64,000 bases of DNA from Cycas panzhihuaensis (Eukaryota > Plantae > Cycadophyta): positions 127,169,741 to 127,233,740 of the forward strand of contig CM041465.1 in NCBI GenBank assembly GCA_023213395.1, in the 5' to 3' direction. This document shows positions 12,337 through 27,800 of the stretch, piece after piece (within the stretch, counting starts at the first letter, position 1; each line of letters opens with the position of its first letter). The notes beneath the pieces were generated by a model that saw only the letters and a program-made list of their open reading frames with translations, ran no database searches and was not told the origin of the DNA. Position numbers and translations under genes: made by a program.

Positions 12337-13959
12337 ATGTAAATGACAGATCCATACTAATCTTTGGGATTCACTTGTGATTGCCCCACGCGATGCGTCA
12401 TGTACATTATCTTCTTAATACTACTAATGCACAAATCTAAGAAAAGAAAAGGGTTTTTATGCTATCTATTCTGTTATTGAATTTTATATGTGATCCGTCT
12501 CTGTCATAAGTGTTTCAGTGTTTTCTGTGGCACTGTGTTTCCTTTGCGTAGTTGCAATTGCTTTCCTACTCCGCTGCAGCCATGCCTAACGCCGCCGGTG
12601 CTGCACATGCTGTACTTTTTTTCTGATCCAGAGATGTGAGAAAGCAGGGGAAGAAACCCGAAAAGCCAAGAAAAGTCGCACGTTGAAAAACAATAAAAAA
12701 TATAAAATTTTAATACCGTGTATTCTGTGAGTGTTAATAGGCAACCAAAGTCTTGCAAGGGGTTCTAGCGTGGCATCAAGAGCCATATTATGGAAAATAT
12801 GCAGGAATTGCTGGAGAAAGGTACCGAATCATACCGTCTTCTTCCATTTGAAATGAGACAATGGAGACATTTCAAAGTTTACTGTTTTGCATTTGATATG
12901 TAGTCGGTGATACTCTACGACAAGAACACATTTGTTTGTTTGAGAGATGCATCAATTAATTATTTGTATTTAATACGTAGTCTATGTTAACTTACTATAT
13001 AGGGAGATGCGTGGATGCTATGTGGATAAACAATTAATCATTTGCATTTAATTTAATTATTTACTATTTATTTTAAATTAGTTTGGTCGCATGGCATGAA
13101 ATAAATATTCGTAGGCAAAATCTGTCCAAGGTATTTATCAACACACAATAAAAACAACTTTAAAGGAAATTTGTGATCGATTAAAATGGATAAAGCTTTT
13201 ATGAAGATCGCTTTCACTTAAATTTTACAAGTCTTTAATAAAAGAGTGGGAATTCATTAATAAGGTAACTAATAATCAAGAATAATTAGATTTATGAATA
13301 GAAAATGTATACTAGATTAAAATTGAAAAGAAACAATTCTTCCTTAATGGAAACAAATAGAAAACATTTTTAAATAATTGAAAACTAAATGTTTATTGTA
13401 TTCTATTGCTAGCCCCTTACTTGTTTTGATTCAACTAACCTCCTCTTCATTTACCATCCTTTTCTTGCATGCAATTTAATTATTATTTTTAATCTCTAAA
13501 TCATATTATATAATTAACAATCTTCAATAATGAAAGTCCACACATATAGCCTTAAAAATGCATCTTCAATTAGGAAATTTTCTACATACCTTTTAGTGGA
13601 CTTTACACGTTTAATTGTAACTACTAAAACATTAATTAAATCTTATATTTCAAGTCCCACTTTTTCTCTGGGTATATCCTTAATGTGTTCTTGCAAAGCA
13701 TTCTTTAATTTGATTAATTTATGATTTAGCCCTGCATTCTCTTCCTTTATGATGGCATGTTCTTTCTCACCATTTCTTGTAACTAAGCCCAAAAATTTGA
13801 AAACTTATCTTTCTGATTTGGTTAGTGGCCAAATGTAAATCCACATATTCAATTGTAGTATCTTTTCTAGTAGGCCAAGTAAATGATTCTACCATTTTCT
13901 TTTTCCTTGCTACAATTTTATTTAGGAAACTAATAGAACTTGTACTCAACTTCCTTATT

Positions 13960-16900
13960 AAATATCAATGTTAAAGAAAGGGTTAATGTTAACTCCCTAT
14001 CTTAGACTCTAACCTCTACCCACGGGTATAATTTTATTATTAAAAGAAATTCCAACTTAAGGCCACTCTAATTGACTAGGAAGCTTTTCAATTCTACCAA
14101 GCAAATCTTTGACTTGATATCAATGCTAAGGTAAATATGTTTCAAAGATACACTCAAATTTTGGAGGAACAAATTCCCTATGAGGAATAACCACCACATG
14201 ACAATGGGAAACCTTCTATCTCTTATTAGTTATTTTAAGAATACAATGACTCAATATCATTATGTTTCAAAGATTTCCCCATAAACTAAGGTAAAGCACA
14301 TAGCTTTGTAGATATCAAGTTGGTAGTTCATTTGGGTATATTTATTAAAAAGTCCAAAGCCATTCACATTATAATACTATGTGAAAGACATATCAATTAT
14401 GATGGGGAACTTCCTTATATTCAACTCTAGATTAACACCCTCTCCTTTTACATTGAATATTATGCTTTTCCCATGCATTGGTAAGTAACTTATTAGCAAA
14501 TATGGATATGTTACTTAATAATGGACATTCAAGGTTCATTGCCCATATTTTCTCTATGGAGGCAAGTAAATCAAATAAGCACCTTAAGCCAGATTAGCTT
14601 CAATACCTTAAAGGCCTTTTGCAACATGATTAAGCATTCTAGGAGAAGACTCTATTTTAGCTCATCCTTATAAACACATACATAAACAAAAAAAAAATCA
14701 AATGATTTACAAATGACCTAAAACTTAAAATCATCATTCATAGTTAAAATCCCTATGCAACTCTAATTGTCTTAGCTTGCAAAATTATAAATTATCGAGT
14801 ATTAAATTTGTTCATGATAAAGAATAAATACCCCATTTCAAAAATGGATGGTGGCATCAATGAACTTGCTGATGCAACATTCTTTTCAGACATCAATATG
14901 TAATCTAGTTATTATCAGATCCCTATCAAAACAATTAATTCTAAGAAAACATCTTTGAAGATGTAATGAGGATTGTATGAATTTAAAGTCATGCCCCTTG
15001 GCCTCCTAAATGTCTGAACAACATTTTAGGACACAATGAATAAGGTACTTACTCCTTTTATATGTAAAATCATCATGGTTTTTTTAATGATATTTTAGTA
15101 TATAGGAAGTGTTAACAACATCATCTCAATCATTTAGATAAGGGATTATGAGCCTTAAGTTAGAATTAGTTGTTTGTCAAATTAGCTAAGTTCCATTTTG
15201 GCCAATAAGCACTCAAGTATTTAGGTTTCATTATTTCCATACAAGGAATTTGTATGGACTCTAATAAAATTTAAGTCATCTTAAATTGGCCAACACCCAT
15301 CTCAATCATTGCTCTCTAAGTGTTTTTGGGACTTACTAGTTTTTATAAATACTATATTCAATAATATTCATCCTTAGCTACCCCAATCACTAATCTCTAT
15401 AAAAAGAATTCCTTCCATTAGTCAAAAGCATCCATTACTTCTAACACTATATTGCCAATTCTTGATTCTTTTTAAGCCCATTCAAACTACATTATGGTGC
15501 ATATGGATAAGGTATTAGTGCTATATTAATATAGGATAAATGACTTATGACATTTAAAAGTAGAAAACTTAATCTTTGAGATTAAACCTACTAGACTTGG
15601 AATAAAGAAATGTTAGTTATTATTTATGCCTTAGCAAAATGGCGATAATATCTTTATGGCAACAAATTCGTAGTAAATACCAATCATCAAAGCCTCACAT
15701 ATCTCTTGTAACAACCTACCTTATCAAAATTGCAATAATAATGATTCACAAAAATTGAAGATTTTCATTTTGACATCATATATAAAAAATAAAAAATAAA
15801 TATGGTGGCTAATGGCTTATTTAGTAAATATAAACAATAGTAGTGTTGTATAATTTTCACAACACTTCTTATATGGATCAATCAACTACATTTTGAATGT
15901 GATAGTTCTAGGATTCCTGAATGCCATCAAGGAAAATCTCTTCCAAAATGATTACTACATGGGGATATATTATTATGGAAAGGTCAAATCTACTTACGTT
16001 AATCTTTGACTTTAAAAATGAGCATCCTCCAGAAAGAACATGCAACACCATGCTTTGTGCATTTAGATTTTGATAGAACTTATGATTGTATTATAAGATC
16101 ATTTCACTAGTTAGGGAAAAAATCCAATATTCAACACGTCATTATGTCTTATGATATCTGTTAATGGAAAAATATGGAGACAACATCTATAGGTAAAGAT
16201 GATATTTTGGTTTTTATGGATATTCTAATAAAATATCAATATTTTATTCCACTACATATCACAAAATTTGTAGTTCAAATTCTTGACTTATTTTTAAAGA
16301 TAATCCCTCACCTCTATGTATTTCTTCAAACAATTATCCACAATACTATCCAAATTATTTCAACTACTAGGCAGTTAGTTGACTATCCATATACAAATGG
16401 ACAAATCAAAGTTACTAACAAATGTGTTAAAGGATATAATAGGTATATTTGGCTAAGTATTGGTGTAATACTTCATTCATTTAGCAAGCAAGATCTCCCC
16501 CTTCCTGACACTTTATGGTTACTTGACTCCAAAAATTAATTTCTTTCTTTATAAAATAATGAAAGCACTAACAATTGAACAAATCTAGTAATAAAGTTTA
16601 GATATTATTTAGGATCTCAAAGATAACCTACAACTAGCTCAAAATTATGTGAAGCAACAAACTAATACCTATCATTTTGAAAGAGAATTTAACATTGGCG
16701 ATTGGATTTTTCTTCACTTATAACTTTAAAAATAGTCATCACTAAAGTATTTTAGAAAATAAAAGCTTGCTCCTTAGTTATATGGACCATTTCAAATTTA
16801 ACAATGAATTGGTTATATTACTTATATTTTAGATATGCTTAGTTCATAGGAAATTTTAGATACTTGTACCAAATGATTATAAACATGAACAATAAAAGAG

Positions 16901-17025
16901 TATCAAATGAAATGACAACCACTTTTGCATAATAATTCCACCTAAAAAAGTGAAGACATCTTCCAAAAATTCCTTAACCTTCCCATCCTTTGAGAGTAAA
17001 TTATTTCAAAAGGGTAGGGACTTAT
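13960..17025 (+). mobile_element. Decayed Ty3/Gypsy (chromovirus-like) pol remnant
   Basis: RT (YEFKVMPLGLLN ~14976; VFFNDILVY ~15078); RNase H (WNKEMLVIIYALAKWR ~15598); integrase (YPYTNGQIKVTNKCVKGY ~16384; YGPFQI ~16781); PPT-like aaagggtaggga ~17009. Confidence 0.85.
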
Positions 17026-19099
17026 TTCAAACCTTATTATTGATTATAATTATAATTATTATAAACTACTCATTTAATAGACATGACCTAAGGTTGTGAC
17101 TTATTGAAAGGGCATGTAATAGATGTTTATATGGATATATAATAATGTACATTCACTATAATTCTTTAAATCAATATATATTTCCTATAGATCCAATAAT
17201 CACATACCCTTTGTTCAATACTAATTGTGGGGGTGAGATCCATTATAACCCTTATGGGCTTCACTAATTTGTGTAATCATGATGTTACTATCTTTACCCA
17301 ATCTAGCAAAAACTCCTCTTTTAAACATTTTGAAATTATGAATGCATGATTTAAGTATAGTTAGGAATTGTCACTACACCTAAACTCCTATGATAACAGA
17401 GAAATCCAAGGCTTTAAATCATCCTTAAAGAAATTGGATTGAAGCCCCTACTTTTTCACTTCTATCATGCTTACCATTCAAATTCACATATGTGTCTTTG
17501 ATAATTGGCATCTTTACAAGACTTATAATTCTCTAAGGTTTACTATTTTAATTAATTAATAGTGAGAAAGATGGGAAATTAATTGAAATTCATTTATAGT
17601 TCCTTTCTTTTGTGTAATATGACTATTGCTTTCTTTCCACCTTAGCTTATTTAGATTGAAATAGTAAATGTAAGAGGTTGATATCACTATTTAATTTAGT
17701 CTTCATCATGTTGCATGCATTATGCTAGTATTCAATTTGTTTATTATTAGTTTATGCGTGTCAAAAAAAATTGAATCTTGTTATGCCACTTATATATATG
17801 GCCCATATGTAAATAAAATATTAATACAAATGTTCTAATGAAATCCCTCTTAAGCATAAGCACACGAATCACATTTTATAGTCCTTCCTTTTATGAGTGA
17901 TTAAATTGTTGAATGCACTCCCACATTCATATCTCCTATATAGCCTCTTCTCACAAAATGTTTATTTTGTCTTTACCTATCAAATGAACACCTCTCATAT
18001 GATTTAGTTTTATATGGTATATACTTTGTTTTATTTTTCTTTTATATTACTTTTGTAAATACCTTTCATGTAAAATAAGTCTCCCATATAACTTCCTCTT
18101 GCAAGGCCTCTTCTTATAAGTGGTTCCACTTCTTCAAAAATACTTTGAACTTTGTCCTTTCTATAGGAAAATACTTATATATGGAGTTGCATTATAGGGC
18201 ATTTTATACTAAGGTATTCTTTTTTTGCTTCTTTCATAAAGCTCTGGTCTCATACAATTTCCTCTTGCATTAGTAACGAAACTAATGGCTTTAAAAGGAC
18301 TCCTCCTTATACTATTCTTGAATGGCCTTATATCAATTATTTATATTTAATTTTATCAATGTATACATTTCTAAGGTCATTAAAATAAGACTCCTAAGGT
18401 AACTACAAGTGAAAATAAATAAGTACCATAGGTGATTTTATTTGAGGATGAGGAAAATTACCATGAAAGACTAGCAGCATTCACATAAATCTTCCATTAG
18501 TTAGTTTACTTACCAATCAAGAATACTGAACAAAGTAACTAATTCTAGACTTATATGAACAATCCTCCAATATCTTTGACTACCTTTGTGATAGTTGAAT
18601 ATAACTTGAGTGTTATAATCAAGATATATTACGTGGATTTCTATCAACATTATGTACACCTAACTAACTCAGATTTACATGCCATTTTCGTAAGGAGATC
18701 TACCACTCCCTAGGTAAGTGATAGAGCCCATCTAATAAGAAAAAATTACTCTTGAGCATGATAGGTTAACTTGACCCTTTAGGTTCTAAAAAACATTTGG
18801 GATTTAAAACCTAGCCATGGGTCTATCTTTCTAAGTGGTCTTCTCTTTTCTTAAACTACATCATTATATATTAACTATCATTTCATATCTTCTTTCGAAA
18901 ACTCAATTAGCTTAGGATCCTTATAAAGCTATGCCACATATAGTTTTTACTAAGAAAAAAAATGGATAATTATAGTTTAACCTCATTGTAGAGCAAAGTC
19001 TAGTTTTAACTCATAAAGAAGTTTAGTTACTGTATGCTTATTATGGAGTATTATTCTAGTTTATTCTCATAGAGTGGTATGTTGTAGTTTAATCTCATT

Positions 19100-20069
19100 A
19101 TTAAACTTGGTAGTTTTAACCAGTTCTACAATAAGGTCTTTAGGATAAATAAGAACTCGGTTATATCCAAGAAACTTATTGACAAGGGATAATACCTTAA
19201 GTCCTATGATGTAAGTAAGAAACTAGTCATCAAAGTGTAGAGGATAGAAATCCTAAGGTGTGCTTCTTAGAGTGGTTAATATTCTTTGAGGAACCACATC
19301 AAGATTTATTTGCCATAGGTCACTATAATATTGGGTGAAATTAAGAGGTAACTTATTAAAGAGTCCATTGGAATGACTACTCTCCTTAGGAGTGGAGTTT
19401 GATAGAATCTTAGGCTTTCCAACTAGTTTCAAACTAAGAAGAATGGATTCCCCCAATAGTATTTGATTCTGTACTAATAATATCAATAAAAACTTCACTT
19501 GGAAGTTTATTCCCATATAAAGGATTAAGTTCAAAATACTCTAGCTAGATTTAGTATTCTCTCTATACTCTTATCCAATTAAGAATAGTAACATTTAGTT
19601 TCTTCTCACTACTCCACATCACAAAAGTTAAATCTAGACTAAAATTGTATGCGAATGTAGAACTTATGTCATTAGTGCCTCATATCCAATCTAAATTTAT
19701 ATAGTCGACTAGATTAAAGTTGATATTATAAATAAAATCCAATCCATAATATAATGTTCCTCACAAATATTTAAGAATTCTCTTTATAGCTAACCAATAA
19801 CTCTATTTTAAGGTTGTCATGAATGGAAACTGAATACACCAACCCCATCTTAATTATATGTAGGGATTAAGGTCTTACTTGCATATAAATCCATATAATA
19901 AAATATATAAGGTAGAATGTAGTAGTTAAAAGTTGCTCTCAATAGGATATATAGTGCTTATTCCCCTCTCCTAACAATGTATAGTTGAAATAGTTACCTG
20001 CCAATGGCCTAGTTAAAATGCCATATGACCTTATTTTACTGCAGGTGAAAGATTAGTACTAGAGTCAAT
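19100..20069 (-). repeat. Left arm of an inverted duplication (continues at 30026-30260 after the Gypsy insertion); includes a Copia RT/RNase H remnant
   Basis: Reverse complement aligns with ~31505-32570. Confidence 0.75.
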
Positions 20070-20847
20070 TTTTGACTTTGGGTATCTCACTACACTCATG
20101 AGATAGGTACACTTATCAAGGTAATATAAGTAGTCTAGTCTAAGATGCAGTCAATAAATTCATCCACATAGATCACACAGATTTATTCACAATTCCACAT
20201 AATCATGTCACAGTTTACATACAGCAATACAGTAATCAACACATATTCAATATCCAATCTTTATGAAACACATAGAATCCACATTTCCATGTAACTCTTA
20301 TTTTATTAAGCAATAAGTCTTTATACACAAGGTGCTAGAATGCATTCCATCCATATACACTACTGTTGTCACATGCATACCTAGAAGGTACACATCATTA
20401 TACACTGCTTTATGTTACTATCATACGTACTGGCTTCTGTACCATTGAATGTCTAAATACTTGACTCTCACCTTTAACTGAATGATCCTTGTGAAGTCTC
20501 TTAAATACGCCTCCTTGATGTCCTTTAGCTGAAGGGTTATAACTCCCTGTCATAATTGTACCTTTTCAATCATAAGCTTACCTCTTATTAACCATTAGTT
20601 AACCTTCTTAATTACTGTCTCTAATCATTTGTACGTATGTCTGACATCATCCCAAGTATCCATCTATCTGGTTCTGTTGTGTGCACAGTTTTTATTTGCT
20701 TGCATACTGCCAGAGGTATGTATAATGTGTTACATACCTTTTCAGGTATGCACCTATCATATGTACCCAGAATGTTATTTTTCCCACTTTTCTGCCTTAT
20801 GCATACCTCTGTACAATCTGTACCTATACATCCAAGGTTACACAACA
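20070..20847 (-). repeat. 3' LTR of the 20070-30020 element
   Basis: Direct repeat of 29242-~29985. Confidence 0.85.
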
Positions 20848-21645
20848 AGTGATGGGTTTAAGCATCCTTACTCAATAAAAGATTTTAAAATTTTAGGGGT
20901 GTTCCTCCCCCTCTATCTCAAAGCTGCTCTTGCTGCCTCTGTCTTGCCGATGAGTCTTTTGTGGCCAAAATTTCTTCATTTATTTGGGTAAGTGTGGCAA
21001 TTATTACATCCTTTTCTTTGATTTTTTCTTAAAGGGCAACTATCTCTACTTTGTACCCTTCTTCAATTTCTTTAATCAATTGGATAATTTGGTATGATTT
21101 ATCATCTGGTGGAGGTGGTGCTGATGTTTCTCCTATTTCCATCACAGGAGGGAATTCTGCCCATTCTTTTAATGAGGACTCCACTTCTTCTTCCTCTTCA
21201 GTTACTTCTTCATCTTTATTTCTTTTACTATTTTTCGAATTGTTTGTTTAACACAATGAGGAATGGGTGTCTTGAGGGTTTGTTCTAGCCATTTGAGGAC
21301 TTTAGTCATTTACTTTTGAATCCTTTTTCTCAATTCCTAATCCTGAGTAGTGTCTAGAAACTCAATCACCCATTGTTTTATAAGTGGCTTTCTTGGAGAA
21401 ATAGTTATATTTGTTAGTTGTACACCTAGACATTAATAAAATATGATGGCTAATAGTAAGGAAGAGTGACAAAAAGGGTGTGTCATTATTTCCTAAATTT
21501 GCTACCTCATGTTAACTGCTAAAAATTCTGACCAATCTAACTTTTCTCCATCCTAGGTCTTTGGTAATACTGGCATCATTCCTCCTGGAATATTTTTGTA
21601 CTTCCCCTTTGATAAAAATCTAGAATTGATGACTTCGGCTATCCA

Positions 21646-21870
21646 TTACAACCTGGCATCCTTTATATCCACCACCCAAATTCCTCCTGAGGTAAGCTGA
21701 GTGTTTTCTTGGTAAAATTCTCTCAACCAAATCTCACGGTCCACTTCTGACCTTTTAGTGGCCATGGGAGCTTCTCCTTCATTTCGAAGTCCCATTATCA
21801 GATGAATTATTTCTGCATCTAGTTTAATTTTCTTCATATCCTTTTTCAACTCCAATAAGATGTTCTCCAT
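21646..21870 (-). pseudogene. Fragment of an extra (Athila-type, env-like position) ORF between integrase and the 3' LTR
   Basis: IKLDAEIIHLIMGLRNEG..WLREFY; position downstream of INT. Family assignment from memory of Athila extra ORFs. Confidence 0.4.
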
Positions 21871-24800
21871 AATTTCTTGGTCACAATAGATGGGATTACA
21901 ATATATATATTCTCCCCAACCAGCCTACTTGGTTTTAGTTTAAAATTAGGAAGGTAATGCCTCTAGGTCTTTCCTCAACTTAGGTAGGAAGGTCTCTTGG
22001 TAACCTATTGTTCTCATGATGACAGGTTATGGAATTCCAGAAATAGAACTAAAATTAACCAAGGAGTACCAGTATGAACCCTACGTACATACCTTTTTCA
22101 GAATGGTCACTATTTTCTTGAAGCATTCATCTAAACTTGTGCTAAATTTTGTCCTTCTGCCTCCTTGAATCCTAAGGGTTTCTCTTGACTGTTTACTACT
22201 AAAAATTTGAGCTGAATAGTCCTTGTTTTTTTGTTGTGTATCGTGAGGGAATACTTGTAGGTACGTATTATATATGTTTATCTTATTTGACCCTTTTATT
22301 TTATGCATACTTGATTGCATACGTTTTAGGTACATATAATGTAATTTGATTAACTTATTCACTTTTTTAATTGTACGTACCTTGTAGCATACTTTTCTGG
22401 TACATATAATATTCTCTGGTTATATCTGGTAACGTACGTTTTTGGTATGTATAGTGTATTTTGACTTATTTTACATAGTGCGTACCTGGTAACATACTTT
22501 TTCCAGTATGTATAGAATATTTTAATGAAAATATTTAATTTCTTAGCAAGATTCTTTATTCTTGGCTTTTCTTGTCGTAGTATAGATCCTTCTTTTCTTA
22601 TTACTTATACATATGATTTGAGTTACAGTTGTTTTTGTTTTTTTTTCTTTTTTTTGTATTTTATGTTACATAGTGAATTGAATCACATTCTGGTATCAAG
22701 GAAATTCGATTTGCCTCAACTTCATGTAACACACTATGGTACAACTAATTGATTCAGCCGATACTTCCTTCTATTCGATGTATGGTTTCAATCAGCTACC
22801 ATTCACTCGGGTTGGTAACAATGGTCCATCGATTTCTCATAGTTATACGAACCCATTTTTAAAAATTTGTTTAATAATATAAGGTCCTAACCATCTCATC
22901 TTAAGCTTTCCAGGGTGTGTCCTAAACTTGTTATCATAGAGTAGAACTTAATCACCTTTTTTGAATTGTGATTTATATAAATGTCAGTCGTTCCAGGCCT
23001 TTTATCATTTTTTCTCTATGTTTTGCAACCATTTCACCATATACCTCTTTTCTTCTAATCTCACAAATTCTTCCAATCTTCGTCGTAAGGATTGGAAGTC
23101 ATCTAGTCAACATTACATAGTAGTTCCCAGGCTTGGTATCTTGAATTTGGTAGGAAGGATGGCTTCTATTCCATAAACCAGCTGAAATGGTATCTGTCTA
23201 GTTGATCTTTTATACGTTGTTCTAAAAGCCCATAACACTGATAGAAGCTTTTTGGCCCAGTCGGATCTATCCACATCGCAGATCTTCCATAGACAATTCT
23301 CGATAATTTTAACTTTTTGCTTGCCCATTCGCCCTTGGGTAGTATGATGTGGACTTCCTATGGCTTATCATAAAAGTTGATATTAACACCTCTATGGTTT
23401 GGTTGAAGGAAATGGGCCCCTTGATCACTTACAGTCTCTAGAAGGCATTTAAATCATGTAATAATCACTTCATAGAGGAATCAAGCCATACTTTCTAAAT
23501 CTACTTTTCTTAGGGCTCTTGCTTCCACTCACTTTGTCATATAATCAGTCACTACTAGGATATATCAGGCTTAGGATTGCCGAGCAACTCATTTGATTGG
23601 TCTGATGAAATCGAGCCCCCACTTTTTGAACAGTGTCAGAGGTAAGATTGGGTGTAAGTGTTGGAAATCCCATCGATTAGGTTTCCTAACTCTTTGACAA
23701 TAGTTGTATGCTTGGATCCATCTTTTTATGTCCTTGAACATCAATGGCCACTAGAACCCTGACATTAAAATCTTTTTCCATGTTGATAACTTCCTCATGT
23801 ATTCACCTATTATGCTTTCATGTGCTTGGTCTATAATTTGGTTAACCTAATGTAGCATGATGCACTACCATAACACCTCATTTGGTCCTAATTTGTATAA
23901 CTCCCCTTTTATTAGTTGGTAATATTTTTCTTTTCTCACAAAATTTTATCATTCTGTGTAGTCCCATTCCGGTGGTACCTCCTCAGTTGCTAAGTGTTCT
24001 GTTATTCCCTCATACCAATCTATTAGAACTAGCTCTACACTGAATAATATAGCATCTGGAAAATCATCTGGCACTCATGTGGCCTTTTCCCCATTTGGAA
24101 TTCTTGATAATTGGTTAGGTATGATATGGACTTTTACTAGTTTCATAATGATTTTAAAGGAGAATTCTTGAAATAACATTAACCACCTGTTAATCTGTCC
24201 CCTCATTATCAGTTTATTCACAAGGTATCTAAGTACTTGATGGTCGACAAAGAACAAGAATGGATTTGATAATAAGTAGTATCAGAATTTCTGCAATGCA
24301 TACACCATTCTAAGTGCTTCTCTTTCCATTGTGGTATAATTTTGTTTTGCTTTTGTAAGTTATCAACTTGCAAAGTATATTAGATAATCCACTTTTTCAT
24401 TACTTGGTTGTGTGAGGACACATCTAATAGCGTATTGCAAGGCATCAATATGCACATGTAAGATTTTCTTCCAATCAGGAAACCACAGTATAGGTGCTGA
24501 TATTATGGATTTTTTTAATGCTTCAAATGCTTGTTATTGCTCTTCCATCTAATCCCATTCAATATTCTTTTTTAACAATTCCTTAAGAGGTCCTAATATG
24601 CATGTGTACCCCCCTGATGAATTTTCTATAATATCTGGTCAGACCCAAGAAACCCTTCAATTGCCTCCTCGTGAGTAGTAATAGAAATTATAGGATTGTA
24701 GATACCTTGGCCAGATCCATTAGCAATCCTTCCTTACTCACCATGTGACCTAATAGATTTCCAAATGGTACCAAAAAGGTACACTTCATTAGATTCAAAC

Positions 24801-27800
24801 ACAACTTATTCTCCCAGCATGTTAGCGATATCTCTCTCAGGTTTTCCATATGGTTTTTCATAAACCCATATAATGTCCAATCATCCAAGAATACTGCTAC
24901 TTTTTCTCCAATCATTCTATGAAATATATTTATTACTATTCTTTGAAATGTGGCTGGAGCATTCATAAGACCAAATGGAATTACTCTATAGGTATGCATT
25001 TCCCATTTCATAACGAGCGTAGTCTTTGCTTGATCTTCTGATGTAATCTACACTTGGTTATACCTGCTAAATCTGTCGATGAAGGAATATATCTTGTTTC
25101 CTCCCACAACTTCCAAACTATCTTCTTTAAAGGGTAACAAAAATGGATCCTTCTTCATTTCCTTATTGAGTTATCTATAGTCCACACAGACGCATATTTT
25201 CCATTCTTCTTGGGAACCACTACTACAGGGCTCACCCAGTCACTGTAGTAGATCTCATAGATATATCTTGCTTCCAACATTTTGTCTAGCTATACTTTTA
25301 CTTTTTCTTTATATTTTAAATCCATGCAATACGGTCTTTGTTTCACCAGCTTTGCTCCTTCCATTAAGTGGATGTGATGCATTCCCACCTCAGGGGGAAT
25401 ACCCTTCAAATCCTTATATGACCATATGAATACATCACAAAATTCTTCAAATAGTTGTTGGGCCTTAGCTATTGTTTGATCATCCCAGTAATCTTTTATT
25501 CGTATTATTTTAGGGATGTCCATTCTTATTTACAATTTTGGATATATTTGCTAGGGCTTTTTCCTATATGGAATAATGGAATGTTTAGTTATTTAGGGTA
25601 GTCAAATCATAATCTAAATGCAGCTTATAATTCCTTCCAGCTCTGGAGGGTAGCTTAGTAGGCTAAGTAACAACACCAGGTTGTTCCCTGTAAGGTAAGT
25701 ACTAGATCTATCTGCCATTGACCCTTGTCCCAGTTTCCTTCTTCTATCCAATATTCTATGCGATGAGTTAGATGGGTGGTTCCATATAATTGTTCTCCAT
25801 GAAAAGGTTTAACATAATCTCCAATATAGGTTTCAAAGTTTTTCTCTTCTGAGATGGTTATCCTATTATATAGACCTAAATCTCTAGAGGTATTTTTTGT
25901 CAATTCCTCCTCTATTTCCTCAGATTTTACACCAATTGTTGGAAGGGATCGTTTATTGGGTGGGTATACTTCTAAAGAGGATGAGGAAGGAATATTATTT
26001 CTTTCCCCAGGTTGTAATTAGGGGGGGGAGGAGGATAGGTAATCTACCTTAGGACCCACATCTGAGGTAGAAGGGAGGTTTAAATTAATACTAGATACTA
26101 GAGTTATGAAATAAATAAGGTATACTAGTGAGGTTTTGGTCTAGGGTTAGGTTAATTTCTGTATTATCTATTATGCTATCATTAGTTACCATATCCTCAA
26201 AAGAATTTGAATTATCATCAATGTTTTCAGTTACATATCTAGATAATAAGTTATGCCTATAAGGAGAGTTAACTTCATAAGTATCTTACAACTAGTAGTC
26301 CACAAATCTCATCTTATTTTCATCGTTTGAAGAGTTGTAAATTTCTCCAAAGTAAGTTGCTTCTGCTTCTTGGTGGTTGATCAATTTGGTAGGTTCTTTG
26401 GTCGTATCACAGATATTTTCTTCGTCAAATGAAGAGGTTGTTACTTCACTCACAATGGTTGTACTTGTATTATTGTCAGGTATCACCTCAATGGAATTCT
26501 TCCTCAATATTGGTAATACTACTTCATTCCCTCCATCTGACAAGATGAAAGTTACGTCTTTCCAACTTTTGAGACATTGGTTTTGTATAGCCAAGGTCTC
26601 CCCAATAAGGCTAGAGAAGGAGTTGCACCTTTGTCTGTTTCCACAATCGTAAAATTGATTTTTACTATAATTCCTGCCACATCCACTTTGATGTTGGCCA
26701 GTTTTCCTATAGGTTGCACCAATAATTCACTGGCTAGTTTCAGCGAATAAGTTGCTACTTCCAACTTTGGGCTCCCCAACCTCTACCATATTGAGGTGAG
26801 TAGTACATTCACAGTCGCTCCTCTGTCCATGATTACTCTAAAAAACTTTTCTCCCAAAGTTGTGATTGTCACCATGGGATCCATGTCAAAAGATGGCATC
26901 ACTTTTTTCAAACTCTTGGTGATTCCTTGTTATTGCAATATTACTCCTTTAATCCAATCTATCACTTGGAATAGGGGAATCATTAGTTGCAGTTGTTTCA
27001 CCAAGTTCTCCATCAACAACAACATTTGCAGGATATCTTCTACCAATAATCCCTTAAATAATTCCTCTATTTGCACCACTTGGGATTGTGTTTTTTGTTC
27101 TTTTGGTATTTTTTCTTTTTCATTTTGTCTATTTTTCCTCACATACACATGCTTAGTTTCGAGTTTCCCCATTAGCATCATAGTATCTATCTGGGCTAGT
27201 TCTTCTAACATCTACTTTACTTGTTGAAATTGATTTATCTTGGTTTGTGGGCTTGGATACCCTTCTTCTACATTCTTCTTTGGCTTCCTTTGGAGTTTTA
27301 CATTTTTACTCTCTGGTATGATTGTCATTAAATTGGTAGCCTTAGTTTTCCCCTTGCAATCTTCTATTTTGTTCATACTCTCATTTAGTTGGGCATTCTG
27401 ATTTCTAATATCTGAACTGTAAACATATGAGGCATCTCCCCATTGGTTATTTCTTCTTTGAGGATTCTTGTGTACTCCTCATTATATATATATTCTGAGG
27501 TGGGTTGCCTCCTTTTTCCCTACCTCATCCTCTATATGATCTTCCTCTCAGGTTGTAAAAATAATCCTTCGTCATATGACTATCCACATCACATATGTAG
27601 CAACATATGTCTCTCTGGTGCATTACACTATTCTTCGGATTAATTTAACACTCTTTTGTTGTGTGTGAACTCTCTTCGCAAATGTGGCACGATTTTTCAA
27701 CCTTGAATTCGTGGTCCTTTTTTCTCTTTGCCACTTCCTCTTCTCTATTATTTCTCATTTTTAATCTTACTACTTCCTTTCTCAAAGCTTCTACTTCTTA

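Noticed and set aside
17560-18960. Additional gag and Copia RT scraps
   Set aside because: Too decayed to assign confidently by eye.
20621-20991. Short ORFs, with a similar one at 29771-30001
   Set aside because: They lie in the LTR pair; the similarity reflects LTR duplication.
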